Shown: positions 1 to 15,190 of the stretch, in pieces
How the letters are laid out: the number at the start of each line of letters is the position of its first letter
Position numbering within the stretch: the stretch's first letter is position 1
NCBI RefSeq assembly: GCF_002113885.1
Contig: NW_018403602.1
Coordinates: 247,001-311,000 of the forward strand
Reading direction: 5' to 3'
From: Mizuhopecten yessoensis
Lineage: Eukaryota
DNA length: 64,000 nt
Position numbers and translations under genes: made by a program
The notes under the pieces: generated by a model
Seen by the model: the letters and a program-made list of their open reading frames with translations, nothing else
What the model was told of the DNA's origin: nothing
The model's database searches: none

Positions 1-218
1 GTATATATATGTATATATGTACCATGTATATATATGTATATATGTACCATGTATATATATGTATATATGTACCATGTATATATGTACCATGTATATATGT
101 ATATATGTACCATGTATATATGTACCAGGTATATATGTACCATGTATATATGTATATATGTACCAGGTATATATTTACTATTTGTGTACCATGTATATTT
201 GTACCAGGTATATATTTA
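1..218. repeat. AT-rich short tandem repeat (gtatatatgtaccat variants)
   Basis: Visible tandem units. Confidence 0.9.
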
Positions 219-2857
219 CTGTTTTAGAAGACAATATGAATGTAACAATGAAAATCACTGATTTTAACATTTTTTGAAAGTCAGTTTTTGCAAGCTAACA
301 ATATAGGTTATTTTTGAGCAACAAATATTTGATAGTTAATTTACTCAGCAAGTTGCTTTTTTACAATCTGAGTTTCTCTGGGAGATATATGTTATTTAGA
401 AATGATTGTTTCTGTTGACATGGAAATAAAAATGTCACAAGTAGGTGAAACGTTAGGGTAATATACAGCTGTAATGATAATCATATGTACTTTTATGACT
501 ACACGACAGAGTTATTGCCCCTTGTAAGGAACATGTCACCAAAATGTAGGTGTTTTAGCACCAGACAGAAACGGCAACCCCTATTTTTAGAAGCTGACAA
601 AAGCCGCACGTTTGATAATCTAACTTTGGAAAGGTGTAGTACACCCTATAACGACAGGAAGGATCATAAAAACCTAAGGAAGAACGTTTTACAGGAGACT
701 TTGCACCAGATGCCTGATATATACCTGCATGCTTTTGTGATTATACAGTAAGACTTGACTTCTTTATTTTTGATTATATTTATGGAGAGTTGGTCTGATA
801 ATGAAACTCTGGGGAAATCAAGGCCCAGAGATCTGACAGATTCTACACTGTAGATAAGACAAGAACATGTAGGTCCCTGTAGATCTTCACCGCACCACAC
901 TTCAATGGTCTGTCTGGAAACTTTTCCGCCGGAAGCTACAGACTACTGTAACATAGGTATATAATCACACTTATATTTCCATGCATTCGCAGCAATTTAT
1001 TTAGTAAAGGGCATCTTCATTTGAAATTACAGCTGTTTAACATGCGAGAGTACAGTAATTGTATAGTTAGCACAAAAAGTGATAAAATATTATCACCACT
1101 AAAATCAGCAATACATTTGCAGTATGTTATGTAAACTATCAGATTATTCAAATATTTTACAATTCCATCATCTTTTGGAGTATTCAGTTGTAATCAATCT
1201 GAATATTAAAGTAATGTTGCATGTTAAAAATCATCAACAAATGTTCCCATAAAAGGATTTCTGATAACGACATGACCTTGGAACTGTTGAATTTTTCAGA
1301 GGGGAAACAGAAAAAACTACACCAAAGCATCAACTCACACACTCGAGTCCAGAATCCAAATGTCAGACAATAAAGTAAAATTTGCAGTGGCACTAACTCT
1401 AAAATCTTTATTGATATTATTTACTTTGAAATACACATTAAATCACATTTTGGCTGGAACTGAACTTTCTATTGACAACATTTTAATTTTGACTTGAATC
1501 TAAATATCTCCATGATCCCAAGGCCAATTAATTTGTTTGTTTGTTGGTATTATGTCCACTTCACTACAGAGTTGGTAATACAGAGCCACTATACCTGCCG
1601 ACAGAGGGGTTGGGATTTCTGTCAACGTTTAGACAGGATTTTTAAGTAAGACCGTTAATGGTTCCTAGCATGTTTTTTGTGTATAAAATTATTTCCTGTC
1701 ATAAATTTTTGCTGGAGTAATCAGTATTCTGCATCTTCCTTAAACTGTATTACCTGGAGGGGTATGTCAAGACATGGTATAATTTGAGACAAGATTTTGG
1801 TGTATATTGGTTTAGAGACATCGTGAGCGTTACAGCCATTTTTCTGGTTGCCAGTATTCCGTAAATGCACTCAGTGAACTTAAGACTACTCCTTGCCGAT
1901 GGTAGAATCTTCCGCAGTCCTTTCTCCCAGAGACGGATGATAGATGAATAATTGAGAAAGAGGTATGGACATGTGGTGCCCGAAGCCAGCTAAAAAGTGG
2001 GAGTCTCTCGAGAAGTCCCAATTTGATTTGTAAAAAAAAAGTATATAGACAGGATAATAGGTTGAATCTTTGGGAATAGTGTTCCAATTTTTCCTGCGTG
2101 ATGAAAAAAGTGTAAGTCTAGCTAAGATGGCGACACGGTAATATTGACCAACCCAGGTTGCCAGACCAGCGACTGTAAAATTTAGCTACAGGCTTTGTAC
2201 TTTACATTCTGAAGGTAATTGGTCGCGTTTGTAATCAAGAGTTCTCAGAGTTGTATAATTGTAGGGAAAGTTGGAACAGGTAAGCAGATTGGAAATGAAA
2301 GGTTTGGTTTGGAGGCTCGCAAAGGAAATAGACTGGAGCATTATATGGAATGTTGTAGATCACCCCTTTCTGTCCCTCTATCTCCCGAGCTGCACTACCG
2401 ACATATAGGGAATTATATTTCATCAGTGAGTTGCAAATACCATTTCATGGGAGTACAATCTTGTTCCACCCTCATTACTGTTGTAATGACAAAGGAATAT
2501 TTTCACTGTAAATAAAGGTGCTTTATACATCAAAGTTTTAACTATATCTATGTTAGCTAAATACTGACTGGCACTGGAATATTAAATCTTATTATTGTAA
2601 GATTATAAAAGACATTGAAATAGATTGTTTGTGTGAGTGGTTTACGTCCGTTTCACTACCCAGTAGTTCGGTTATCCAACAGAACTAGAAACGGACAGAT
2701 TTTTGTATGGTCATATGACGGGAATGCAGAAACAAATATTGGCTAGCAATGAGAAGATAGTTCTCACACAGACAATTTGTCAATGAAAGGGCAATTACTT
2801 AGCAAGTGAGTAAACATTAGCTGTTTTTATATATACATTAGACAATTGGAATTTAAG

Positions 2858-3050
2858 ACAGTGGTCACAGATATTAGCCAATGAGAGAACAGTTGTCACA
2901 GACATTAGTTAATGAGAAAACAGTTGTCACAGACATTAGTTAATGAGAAAACAGTTGTCACAGACATTAGCCACTGAGAGAACAGTTGTCACAGACATTA
3001 GCCAATGAGAGAACAGTTGTCACAGACATTAGCCAATGAGAGAACAGTTG
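2858..3050. repeat. 31-bp minisatellite, about 6 copies
   Basis: aacagttgtcacagacattagccaatgagag. Confidence 0.9.
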
Positions 3051-4742
3051 GCTGGCCTCACAGGAGTGTTGTGTACTCTACAGGAGTAAGTCAATTTATG
3101 CAGCAAAAGAGTCTAGACAGTCCCTTTGACCTTGACAAGGTTGGTAATTCGACCTTGGCAAGGTTGGTAATTCAACCTAAGGAAGGGTTTGATGAAGCAT
3201 GACTAGCCAACATTTGAGTTTGGTATTTGACTAGGATTTCTGGTCTCTGAGGGGAGATCAGACTTTTGGGGAAGTCTCTGGGCGATCGTCTTAAGGTTGA
3301 TGTAGGTTCTGATCATCACTCAAGGAAGTCTTGTTACATGAGTGACCCAGTATCACTGATGCTGTTGGCTACGTGGTGCTGACCAACCATTAGTTCGCCA
3401 GGAAACATGACCATGTGCTGGTCTTCTCTATTTCTCTGTTGGATACCTTTAATTACATGTATATACACATGTACCCTCTGATCATACAGCTTATTGTTGG
3501 TGTGTCTACAGATTGGACATAAGCTCAACCTTTAAGTAATGTGTCAATATGGACGTAATGCTGGTATCGTCGCTGTACATATAGATGGATTGCTCTTTGA
3601 TAATCAAGAAAAAATTAAACAGTTGAAAAAACTACAACCGAAATTGAAATGCATTTGTTGCCTAGAAGTGGTTGTCAATATACATCGTTTCCCTAGCTGT
3701 AATGTAATTTATAAAACAATCATGCCAGAGTGTTGGATTAACTGTAATATTGCACTGGGGCCTATTGGCAGGAGTGTGTAACGGTGAAGGGACACGCCAG
3801 TGTAATTACCCCTATGTCATGTAATCCCCCACATCCAGTCCGCCACAGGGATCAAATGTCCCCTCCAATCCTCTGCCCCTTCTCATAGCCAGGCTACGGC
3901 TATTGACAGCATCAGAAAACAGAAAGGCTGATCTTAATTGCGGCGGGCGTCCTGGTCGGAGGTTATCACAGTCGGGCAGAGCTTATCACAGTTGGGCGTA
4001 CTTGGTTCACCAATGGCACTGGTTACCTGTCACTAGCAGTTTTATCTCAGTTTTATTAAGCTCTCAGAATTTAGAGAAGTTTTACCACTGGTATGGTTTG
4101 GTTTCTCAGCAATAATTTCTTTCTCATTATTTACCTCTGCTGGAAATTGTTTCCATTCCAAAGATACTCTAGTGCAATATCTCCGTTTCCTAATATTGAC
4201 ATTACTCTTCTTCCATTGAAACTTAATCAACAGAGGCTATTACGCTTTAGACTGTGTGTCCAATATCTATACTGTAGGTGTATAAAGTTTCGGGAAGGAT
4301 GTGTGGGCTGACGACTAGCTTCCCAAATGTGGGGCGTATTTAAGGTAAAGTCTGCATGGTGTTGTTAGGTCTCACTGGTCTCAGAGGGTTTGCTCTCAGG
4401 ACTTCTAATTGGTGTTAATAGCATAGTTGGGTCTTTGTCTGGTCTCAATTGCAAGATATTGAAAATCTTGGTCTTTCATCACAGCTCAGGTCTCAGCAAT
4501 CGTCGTCCTGGTCTTGCATGTTTAGCCAAGAGACAGTTGGTCTGCTCTGGCCCATCTAGTCATAACTTAATTCAGACCTGACTAAGGACACAGAAATGGA
4601 CCAAGTAGACCAGTCCATGTTTTAGAGCATGCCTCCTCACACTTATACTGTGTTAATGTGGCCTAATGTTGTGAGGCCCTTTGTCCATTATCTACATAAC
4701 TGACCAGAGTGGTTCTGGCTGTCAACTCATCATGATCAGAGA

Positions 4743-5008
4743 CTTTTCTGGTTCCTGAGATATTACTTATTACTTCTCTAGGAATCGGTTCACCTTTTCT
4801 GGTTCCTGAGATATTACTTATTACTTCTCTAGGAATCGGTTCACCTTTTCTGGTTCCTGAGATATTACTTATTACTTCTCTAGGAATCGGTTCACCTTTT
4901 CTGGTTCCTGAGATATTACTTATTACTTCTCTAGGAATCGGTTCACTACTTATTACTTCTCTAGGAATCGGTTCACTACTTATTACTTCTCTAGGAATCA
5001 TTTCACCT
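4743..5008. repeat. 51-bp x4 plus 30-bp x2 tandem repeat
   Basis: ccttttctggttcctgagatattacttattacttctctaggaatcggttca. Confidence 0.9.
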
Positions 5009-5642
5009 TTGTTTGTTTCTTATCTGTAAGGGGACTTTCAACTGACTTTTTTCTGTTTTCAACTTTTTTTTTCTGTAACATATTATGGAGTTTTTTCATT
5101 TCATTTCTGAAAAATGTCTGTCATTTCAATTATTCAGTGATTTGCGGCCAATTAAGTCTGGGATTAGTAAGTAATCATCGCTTCATTTAATGACTATAAA
5201 TTTGTCCTCACTTTTATAAAGTAATCGACTTAGCCTCTTCCTGGATTGAATTTGTCATCAATTTGGATTTGTAATATAAAGCCATCTAAACCATCTAGAT
5301 TTGTCAGCCATCTTGATATATTGTATGATATTACTTATATCTACTGACCTAAGTCTGAGATAATTAATAATCATGTTGGTTCAGTATATATCCACTCTCT
5401 GGTTTCTGAGACTCATTTGAAGCTGACCTTTTCAAGATTGTGTCGGCCATGTTGACAGATGATTTGAGACTATAACCTATTGTGAGGCCTACCTTTTCAC
5501 CCTGCTCATAAGTAATTACAGCGTGATTTGGTGAGAAGTGGAGGGCTGGAGATCTGATTGCTGTAGTCCCCAGGTGTTTCACCGTGCCAATAACCTCACT
5601 GACCCTGTCAGATTGGGAACCTGTCCGTCCTACAGCGAAACA

Positions 5643-5915
5643 GAGATTGAGACTGACTGGACAACGCCATCTGGACGAGATTGAGACTGACTGGGCAGTG
5701 CCTTCTGGACGAGATTGAGACCTACTGGACAGCGCCTTCTGGACGAGATTGAGACTGACTGGACAGCACCATCTGGACAAGATTGAGACTGACTGGACAG
5801 CGCCATCTGGACGTGATTGAGACTGACTGGACAGCGCCTTCTGGACGAGATTGAGACTGACTGGACAACGCCATCTGGACGAGATTGAGACCGACTGGAC
5901 AGCGCCTTCTGGACA
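5643..5915. repeat. 34-bp minisatellite, about 8 copies
   Basis: gagattgagactgactggacagcgccttctggac. Confidence 0.9.
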
Positions 5916-8580
5916 GATGCTGGTGATCATTACTTGAGATATATATTGACAGCAATAAGAAGCACATACCTTATTGAATTATTTCTCCTTCTTCTGGCTG
6001 GAAAGGAGGATGTCTAAATTATGATTCTAAAATAAATTATTAATGGAAGCATTTCTCAGCAGCCTTATGATGTACCTATATTTAGGAAAATACATTCAAA
6101 ATCCCAAACTTTGATACCCACCATGAACATGCATGTTTTGAAGCAGTACATGTTCCCTGGCCTTTCCTTAATTTCCCACAACATTAAGACCATGCCCTTG
6201 AAGTGGAGGTCGTTATTTTTCATTTAAGCTGTACAATAATATTGAAAATTAGAACAAAATATTTATGAGGTTGAATCCCATGTCAGTTAACTGATGCCAG
6301 ATCAGGGTAAGATTGCAGTGGCTTTTGTGCAGTTCAAGTAAACATTGAAAACATGCTGTCATTTTATCAAGGTTTTGTTAAACAAAACGATGAATTTCCA
6401 CAGATAAAAGTCCTGTTAAAGCCTGCTTCTGTATAAACTGTGTTGCTCTAACAAGTACGATGCGTACAGACCTTTAAATCTCTCACGTCACCCCCAAAAA
6501 CAGATGGCATTCTGCTTGTAACTCGAAGCTTTCACTCTGCAAAAAAAGTTGATTTTTTTTCTGCAACTTTCTTTTTTTTCTCTTTACTCTTTACTTGACA
6601 ATCTTGTGTAAATTGTGCCAAACTATTTACTGTTTATGGGCTAAGGGCGGCCGTTTTACAGCACGCTCCCAAGAGATGAATTTGTAAATGGTGCCAACAG
6701 ATGGCGATTACTTCTACAGAAACTGTTTATATGTTTACTTAAAATGCTTTAAAATTCTGCGAAATTCCTCAGAAAATATCAGACAGATTTGTTGGGAATA
6801 AAATGGATTGGCATTCACAAATTGTATGTAATTCTCTTTAAATCTTTTCTGTTTGGAAAACAATCTGCCATATGTATTTCAAAGAATTTTATTACTGCTA
6901 ATGTCAGGAAATGTTTATTCTCTAAGCCCACAGTTCAACTTTGGTAGCAAACGGGAGTAAACAAAACAGCGTGTAATTTGGGAAATATAGTGTTGTGCTG
7001 TTACAGACCAGATCAGGAACTTAATTACTTATTATTTAGATAACAATACATATTATAACAACATTATTTTATCCCTTATTGTGTAAGGATATATAGTTCA
7101 GTATATGTTCTACAGAAAACATTTGACGTCAAAAAGATTCTTGTATCAAATAACATTGAAATAAAATACCAAGACTTGTGCTAAGTAAGACATTTCCAGA
7201 CATGTTTATGCCTGTGAAGATCAAGATGTTTCTCTCATTTCTAAAATTGAATATTCTTCTGCAGTTGATCTTTTAGCAATATTCTTGTCATAGGTAGTGC
7301 CATACTATGAGCTCTGGGTAAATTATTGAAACTAGTGATGATGAAATGCTAATTGCCTCAAAAAGGAGTCATTGGCCATTGAACCCCAAATTACCTCCCT
7401 TTGGAAGGAAATTGTCATTCCTTCTTGCTTTTGAACAAAGGAGTTGTTCCCCTTGGGAAATCACAAAACACATTACTGTCAGTTGATAAATTATTAAAGG
7501 ACTGGTCAAATTTACAGCTTAAATGTAGTGGGCAAGTGGCTTGACAAGAAATTAGAAATAAATTCAAGTTTCTCAATAACAGATCATTGACATTGGAACA
7601 GAAGAATTTAACGGGGGAGGTGATTGAAATAGAGTTAAGGTGCGATCTGTAAATTGAGTTTCAACTCCATAAGCCAGGTGTGAACATTCAATGTGATGGT
7701 AGATATAGTTATAGCAGAAATCGTGATCTAGCCACCGATAAAATATATATATACAAAGATCCACTTCCTGCGTGAGTCATTATCAATCGATATCGTACAT
7801 CAGGTTTGAAAATACCCCTTCCCTGCAAACAGAAATTGCTGGCTAATACAATTTGAATTGATCTGCCTGCTGCGACTAGGATCCTTGCTTGTACAGTGGG
7901 GAACCAGGCTGCTAGCCTTCAGTGTGATTTCACAGACACCATGATATAGAAACACTCCTTCCTGTACTGCACAAGCAAGACGAAACCTGCAGACAGATGT
8001 TTTGGAAGGAGGTGTTGATGCATTCATTGTTTCTTGATTGGTCTGAAGACTATAGTACCACTTCTTTAGCTGCAGAATAGATCTAGATTTAGGCTGGAGA
8101 ACAACCGTTATCAGCCAAATAAAGCATAACCTACTTTTTATCGAAGAAGCAATATATCCTGCCTACGACCTACTTGGGCCATTGTATCGGATATTACATG
8201 TCATCGGGAATGTCAGTGACCCAAATTAAGTTGTAGCAATTAAGAACTGAAAATTGATTCCCTGAAGTGATACAGCAAACATCGGTAATGTCAGTAATTT
8301 GACACTAATCAGTCAGACACCTACAATAATGCTTGGAACCCTTTTAATTAAATTGTTTTCTTAAAATCAATGAATTGTTTGTCTCATCTTTAGGATATTC
8401 ATGAGCAAAAAGTTCAATGAGGCTTATCTCATTAAGGGTCAAGGGTTATTACAAGGCAAGAGAAGACAACTCCCTCGAAGGGATTCAGCATCATCCCTTG
8501 CAATGTATTGGAACTTTGTAATTCAGACATTTTAATTTCAATTTCAAAGTACTGTATTTATTTCAACACCTCGTTAAATT

Positions 8581-8875
8581 TACCTAGAATAAGAGGATCA
8601 CAGCTGTAGAAATGGTAGTTAGTGATGATGCCTTGTCTCTACCTAGAATAAGAGGATCACAGCTGTAGAAATGGTAGTTAGTGATGATGCCTTGTCTCTA
8701 CCTAGAATAAGAGGATCACAGCTGTAGAAATGGTAGTTAGTGATGATGCCTTGTCTCTACCTAGAATAAGAGGATCACAGCTGTAGAAATGGTAGTTAGT
8801 GATGATGCCTTGTCTCTACCTAGAATAAGAGGATCACAGCTGTAGAAATGGTAGTTAGTGATGATGCCTTGTCTC
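8581..8875. repeat. 59-bp perfect tandem repeat x5
   Basis: tacctagaataagaggatcacagctgtagaaatggtagttagtgatgatgccttgtctc. Confidence 0.95.
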
Positions 8876-10879
8876 TGTGTATAGTTGTATTACTGGTCAT
8901 ATGAAACAAACATTTGTCTGCCTCGCTATCTGTCCGACGACCGACCGACAGTGAAGGCATCCCCGACGACCGACCGACAGTGAAGGCATCCGACTGTTCA
9001 GACCTGCCAGGTAGGAGGTCCAATATAAACTGTTCATCTTTATTTCCCCAGAAATCTGTTTCACTTGGGAATTCTCTGACAGGTGTGATAAGGTATAAGA
9101 CTGACGTCCCAGTGTTGGTGGTATCCCTACCACTTCCCCACAGCAGGGCATAGGGTAGCACGTCTACAGAGGAATAACATAGAAATTACATAGATATCCA
9201 AAATTTTCAGCACAACAAGTCTGGAATTGTCTAAACTATAGCACCATTAAAAGATAATGTAATTGCAAGTCTTTGACTAAGATTCATGTCTAATCTGCTC
9301 TACTGTTAGGAAAAAGGTTGGTTGTGGTTTTGAGTATGATCAGTCATGCTGTCTATAATAGTGTCAGAATAGTTGAGGTTAGATTGTACAGGACATAAGA
9401 TTACACAGGGTCAGATTAGAGAGGATATGTTAGAGTTTGCAGGGTCGGATTAAACAGGTTCTACTCTATACCTCAGCAAAGTAGTTTGTTGCATGTCATT
9501 GAGTTCATTATAAATACTTTATTGTAAACCTACAACATGTGGTGCTGCCAATGGTAGATTTGTAATGTTTTCAGAGCTTAAATCTCATTGGTGTTTGTTG
9601 GTAGATATATAGACATAACAGATTTAACAGCAGTGAACAAGATCATGTGACCTTATGTCTGTCAGTGTTACATGTGTACCAGCCATCCCTCAGAAGTTGT
9701 ATTACAATGTGAAACACGGTCCAATATATCAAACATGGCGGATAATCATCAGACTTGTAGGTATTGTGCCATTTTTACCCAGAATTCCACCTGTCATGCC
9801 GACCCCGGTAGTATGCTGGTGTCAACATGTGTGATTCTGCCGAGAAGGCATGTAGGCTATGCATGCTTCAGAGGTTTCAGTGCTCTGAAAACATTTTAGG
9901 TTTATGGTATAGTAATAAGCTAGGTTGTCTTCACAACAAAGCTGGTGCTTCTGAAAGATTCTGTGCCAATTTTAGGCTATGAGGGAAACTGGTATTTTCA
10001 GTGATGCGTTGTACATCTCACCCACCTGGTTCTCCCGTCAAGAGGACAGGAATATTTATCCATCCTCCATGTTTTTACGTCTCTTATCAGATTTCATTCC
10101 AATTAAACTTTTAAATGGATTTTAAAATGAGAAAGAAGTTGACGAATTAGCAGGGTGCCCCTATGTCATCACAGTTTTGTACTTTAAGTAAAGTGGGGAG
10201 AAGAATTCAAGGCACGGATGAACCAAATTTCTGATGTCATTTTAAATGATAAGTCTTATAGAAGCTGTTGATATCTTGAAACAGGCTACAAATTGAAAAC
10301 TAGTAAAACACATAATTACTGTCATCAAAGTGGGTTTCCACTGCGTGCGGCAGTGATAGATTGAAGTATGTTTGATCACCATGGTAACAAGACACCTCTA
10401 ATCACTTATGTCTGGCAGCAACCCACAATGCAGTCCCAGAGGTTTCACTGTTTTTTTCAAAGAAAAACGCTTTTGCATATATCTTGAAATGTATTGTCTT
10501 TCCTAGCATTGTAATTAATTTTGCGTATATATCTTAATTAGCACTCGGTTACAGTGATGGCGTTGAGACAATAAACAAACCTGGAGATAAAATACACAAA
10601 ATATCTGAAACTCTTGCAGAAATAGATTGCCATGAGGCCAAAAAAAATATCTTCAAACTAAAGGTGATATAAATCATTAGTTTGAATAGAAATAATAAGT
10701 TAAACTGGAAACAAAAGATGTAGTTGCTGGCTGGTAAATGATTTCAGTAAGGAGTAACCCATATTCCAAGAACCAGTACATGGTTCGTTGAAAGAGCAAT
10801 GTTCAGCTGACAATCTGACATTTGATTGGTAAACATTTTGTTGTGTAAGTACCATGTTACCTGTATATTAACATAGATA

Positions 10880-13468
10880 TAGATATGAGAGATGTTCTGT
10901 GTTTTGTGTGATGTATTGTATGTGTAGATATGAGAGATGTTCTATGGTTTGTGTGATGTATTGTATCAGTAGATATGAGAGATGTTCTGTGTTTTGTGTG
11001 ATGTATTGTATGTGGAGATATGTGAGATGTTCTGTGTTTTGTGTGATTTATTGTATGTGTAGATATGAGAGATATTCTGTGTTTTGTGTGATGTATTGTA
11101 TGTGTAGATATGAGAGATAGTCTATGTTTTGTGTGATGTATTGTATGTGTAGATATGAGAGATGTTCTATGGTTTGTGTGATGTATTGTATCTGTAGATA
11201 TGAGAGATGTTCTGTGTTTTGTCTGATGTATTGTATGTGTAGTTATGTGAGATGTTCTGTGTTTTGGGTGATGTATTGTATGTGTAGCTATGAGAGATGT
11301 TCTGTGTTGTGCGTGATGTATTGTATGTGTAGCTATGTGAGATGTTCTGTGTTTTGTCTGATGTATTGTATGTGTAGCTATGAGAGATGTTCTGTGTTTT
11401 GTCTGATGTATTGTATGTGTAGCTATGTGAGATGTTCTGTGTTTTGTGAGATGTTTTGTATGTGTAGATATGTGAGATGTTCTGTGGTTTGTGTGATGTA
11501 TTGTATCAGTAGATATGAGAGATGTTCTGTGTTTTGTCTGATGTATTGTATGTGTAGCTATGAGAGATGTTCTGTGTTTTGTCTGATGTATTGTATGTGT
11601 AGTTATGTGAGATGTTCTGTGTTTTTTGTGATGTATTGTATGTGTTGATATGAGAGATGTTCTGTGTTGTGCGTGATGTATTGTATGTGTAGTTATGTGA
11701 GATGTTCTGTGTTTTTTGTGATGTATTGTATGTGTTGATATGAGAGATGTTCTGTGTTATGTGTGATGTATTGGGGGTGTAGATATGAGAGATGTTCTAT
11801 GTTTTGTGTGATGTATTGTATCTGTAGATATGAGAGATGTTCTGTGTTATGTGTGATGTATTGTATGTGTAGATATGAGAGATGTTCTGTGTTTTGTGTG
11901 ATGTATTGTATGTGTAGATATGAGAGATGTTCTATGTTTTGTGTGATGTATTGTATGTGTAGATATGAGAGATGTTCTGTGTTTTGTGTGATGTATTGTA
12001 TGTGTAGATATGAGAGATGTTCTGTGTTTTGTGTGATGTATTGTATGTGTAGATATGAGAGATGTTCTGTGTTTTGTGTGATGTATTGTATGTGTAGATA
12101 TGAGAGATGTTCTGTGTTTTGTGTGATGTATTGTATGTGTAGATATGAGAGATGTTCTGTGTTTTGTGTGATGTATTGTATGTGTAGATATGAGAGATGT
12201 TCTGTGTTTTGTGTGATGTATTGTATGTGTAGATATGAGAGATGTTCTGTGTTTTGTGTGATGTATTGTATGTGTAGATATGAGAGATGTTCTGTGTTTT
12301 GTGTGATGTATTGTATGTGTAGATATGAGAGATGTTCTGTGTTTTGTGTGATGTATTGTATGTGTAGATATGAGAGATGTTCTGTGTTTTGTGTGATGTA
12401 TTGTATGTGTAGATATGAGAGATGTTCTGTGTTTTGTGTGATGTATTGTATGTGTAGATATGAGAGATGTTCTGTGTTTTGTGTGATGTATTGTATGTGT
12501 AGATATGAGAGATGTTCTGTGTTTTGTGTGATGTATTGTATGTGTAGATATGAGAGATGTTCTGTGTTTTGTGTGATGTATTGTATGTGTAGATATGAGA
12601 GATGTTCTGTGTTTTGTGTGATGTATTGTATGTGTAGATATGAGAGATGTTCTGTGTTTTGTGTGATGTATTGTATGTGTAGATATGAGAGATGTTCTGT
12701 GTTTTGTGTGATGTATTGTATGTGTAGATATGAGAGATGTTCTGTGTTTTGTGTGATGTATTGTATGTGTAGATATGAGAGATGTTCTGTGTTTTGTGTG
12801 ATGTATTGTATGTGTAGATATGAGAGATGTTCTGTGTTTTGTGTGATGTATTGTATGTGTAGATATGAGAGATGTTCTGTGTTTTGTGTGATGTATTGTA
12901 TGTGTAGATATGAGAGATGTTCTGTGTTTTGTGTGATGTATTGTATGTGTAGATATGAGAGATGTTCTGTGTTTTGTGTGATGTATTGTATGTGTAGATA
13001 TGAGAGATGTTCTGTGTTTTGTGTGATGTATTGTATGTGTAGATATGAGAGATGTTCTGTGTTTTGTGTGATGTATTGTATGTGTAGATATGAGAGATGT
13101 TCTGTGTTTTGTGTGATGTATTGTATGTGTAGATATGAGAGATGTTCTGTGTTTTGTGTGATGTATTGTATGTGTAGATATGAGAGATGTTCTGTGTTTT
13201 GTGTGATGTATTGTATGTGTAGATATGAGAGATGTTCTGTGTTTTGTGTGATGTATTGTATGTGTAGATATGAGAGATGTTCTGTGTTTTGTGTGATTTA
13301 TTGTATGTGTAGATATGAGAGATGTTCTGTGTTTTGTGTGATGTATCATGTGTGTAGATATGAGAGATGTTCTGTGTTTTGTGTGATTTATTGTATGTGT
13401 AGATATGAGAGATGTTCTATGTTTTGTGTTATGTATCATGTGTGTAGATATGAGAGATGTTCTGTGTG
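10880..13468. repeat. 45-bp TG-rich satellite, about 57 copies
   Basis: agatatgagagatgttctgtgttttgtgtgatgtattgtatgtgt; homogeneous core with diverged ends. Confidence 0.97.
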
Positions 13469-14994
13469 ATATGAAAAGACTGTAATGAGGATATTTACGA
13501 TGATTTTTATGTACAGGTACCCCTCAGCACTGCTATAATTACAGGTGACATATTAGCCCTGTAGTTACTTCACTTCTCACCATTATCCTCCTGTAATTGC
13601 CTCATTTAACATGCTCCGACAGTTCCCTGGCAACCAGACCTATCACATAGCAACAGGTATCTAACACACCGCTCCAACCTGATGGGCATATTACCATCGA
13701 AAAACAATCCTAACATAATGTGGTTAATTTGTCTATTTTTTCATATTGTCAACAAATTATATCCCTTCAGAAAATAATTTGTTTTAGCATAAATTTAATG
13801 AGAGATATAAAAATAGCATTCAGTTTTATTAGTTGATTGCTTATTGACATACTAACAAAGTGACTAAGATTGGTGATTTATTCAAATATTCTTACACATA
13901 AAATATACTTGGAAAGAAATTGTGTACAATCATAATTTGTTATAAGTGAGATTGACTATGGACAGTTCTCACAAATAATGGACATATATTGAAAGTTAAT
14001 GGTGCCTGGAAGGACAGTGAGACTGTTGTACAGTTCCCACAAGCTACTTATGGATGAACTTTGGTTTGTGGACAGTTACTACAAGTAATGGGCACACTTA
14101 CAATGTATATATATGTTGTCGATAGATTGGTTTAGTTTATGGACAGTTACCACAAGTAAGGGACACACTTTGTGCGTTGTCGATAGATTGGTTTAGTTAT
14201 GGACAGTTACCACAAGTAAGGGACACACTTTATATGTTGTTGGTAGATTGGTCCTCATTGTTTTGTCACACATTGTATGTTGTTGGTAGATTGGTCCTCA
14301 TTGTTTTGTCACACTTTGTAACTGTCACCCATTCATTATCTTTTGGTGTTTGTCGTAAAGAATGGTCAGGCGTAGTACAAGGCTGACAGAAGGAAACATC
14401 TCCTAGCCTGTTGGGTTTGGCAGAAGCATCTTTCTTGTACCAGCCGGTAACCTCTCGTGACCTCCTGACAGGCAGCAATCCTGTAATTAAGTTTTATCTC
14501 AGCTCTAACTGACTTTAACATCTCCAAAAGATTGGTTTGCTTTCTCCATGTTTTTAAGACTTTTTTCTTTGTTTTAATTTGTTGACTGATACATTGCTGA
14601 TGTAAACAAGATTTTGTTATTGACCTGGGCTGAAAATCGTTTGTTTATAGAGCAGGCCTCCAAATATCTTAGCTTCCACTAAAAAAAATAGGTGTTTCTG
14701 GAGTTGAGAGACAAGAAAACTCAAAGTCTTATTTAAGTCATCACACTGATAACACTGCCGATGTTTTTGTTTTTTTACTGGAGCTTCCACAGAATGTCTT
14801 GTTCTCTGACTGTACACGGAACATATCTAGAACTGCTATACTGGAAAAGTGGCAGGCGGAGAAAGGATAGAACCTGATAGAACCTGCGCTGTTGAGTGGA
14901 GAAAGAATGAGTAATGGGGGATATCAGGTTTTTTCTGTCTAAGAAACTTAATACCTAGCTATCTCATATTCAGAACACTTTCTTGTAACATTCC

Positions 14995-15190
14995 TCAGAG
15001 GTCCAAGGTCAGTTCTCTCAGAGGTAGAAGGTCAGAGGTCCAAGGTCATTTCTCTCAGAGGTAGAAGGTCAGAGGTCCAAGGTCAAAGGTAGAAGGTCAG
15101 TTCTGTCAGAGGTAGAAGGTCAGTTTTGTCAGAGGTAGAAGGTCAGTTCTGTCAGAGGTAGAAGGTCAGAGGTAGAAGGTCAGTTCTCTC
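14995..15190. repeat. Short degenerate tandem repeat (cagaggtagaaggtcagttct)
   Basis: Visible units. Confidence 0.85.

Noticed and set aside
2265-2279. 15-nt tag|GGAAAGTTGGAACAG|gtaagc unit (and a 3-nt CTC unit at 15711-15713)
   Set aside because: Good donors but no convincing pyrimidine tract, and the upstream exon is outside the window.
5643-5915. GGACAGCGCC resembles the REST/RE1 right half-site
   Set aside because: No left half-site, it sits inside a minisatellite, and RE1/REST regulation is mainly described in vertebrates.
11754-13469. 571-aa Cys-rich ORF and 530-aa antisense ORF
   Set aside because: Translations of a 45-bp satellite that lacks stops in those frames; no splice or coding context.
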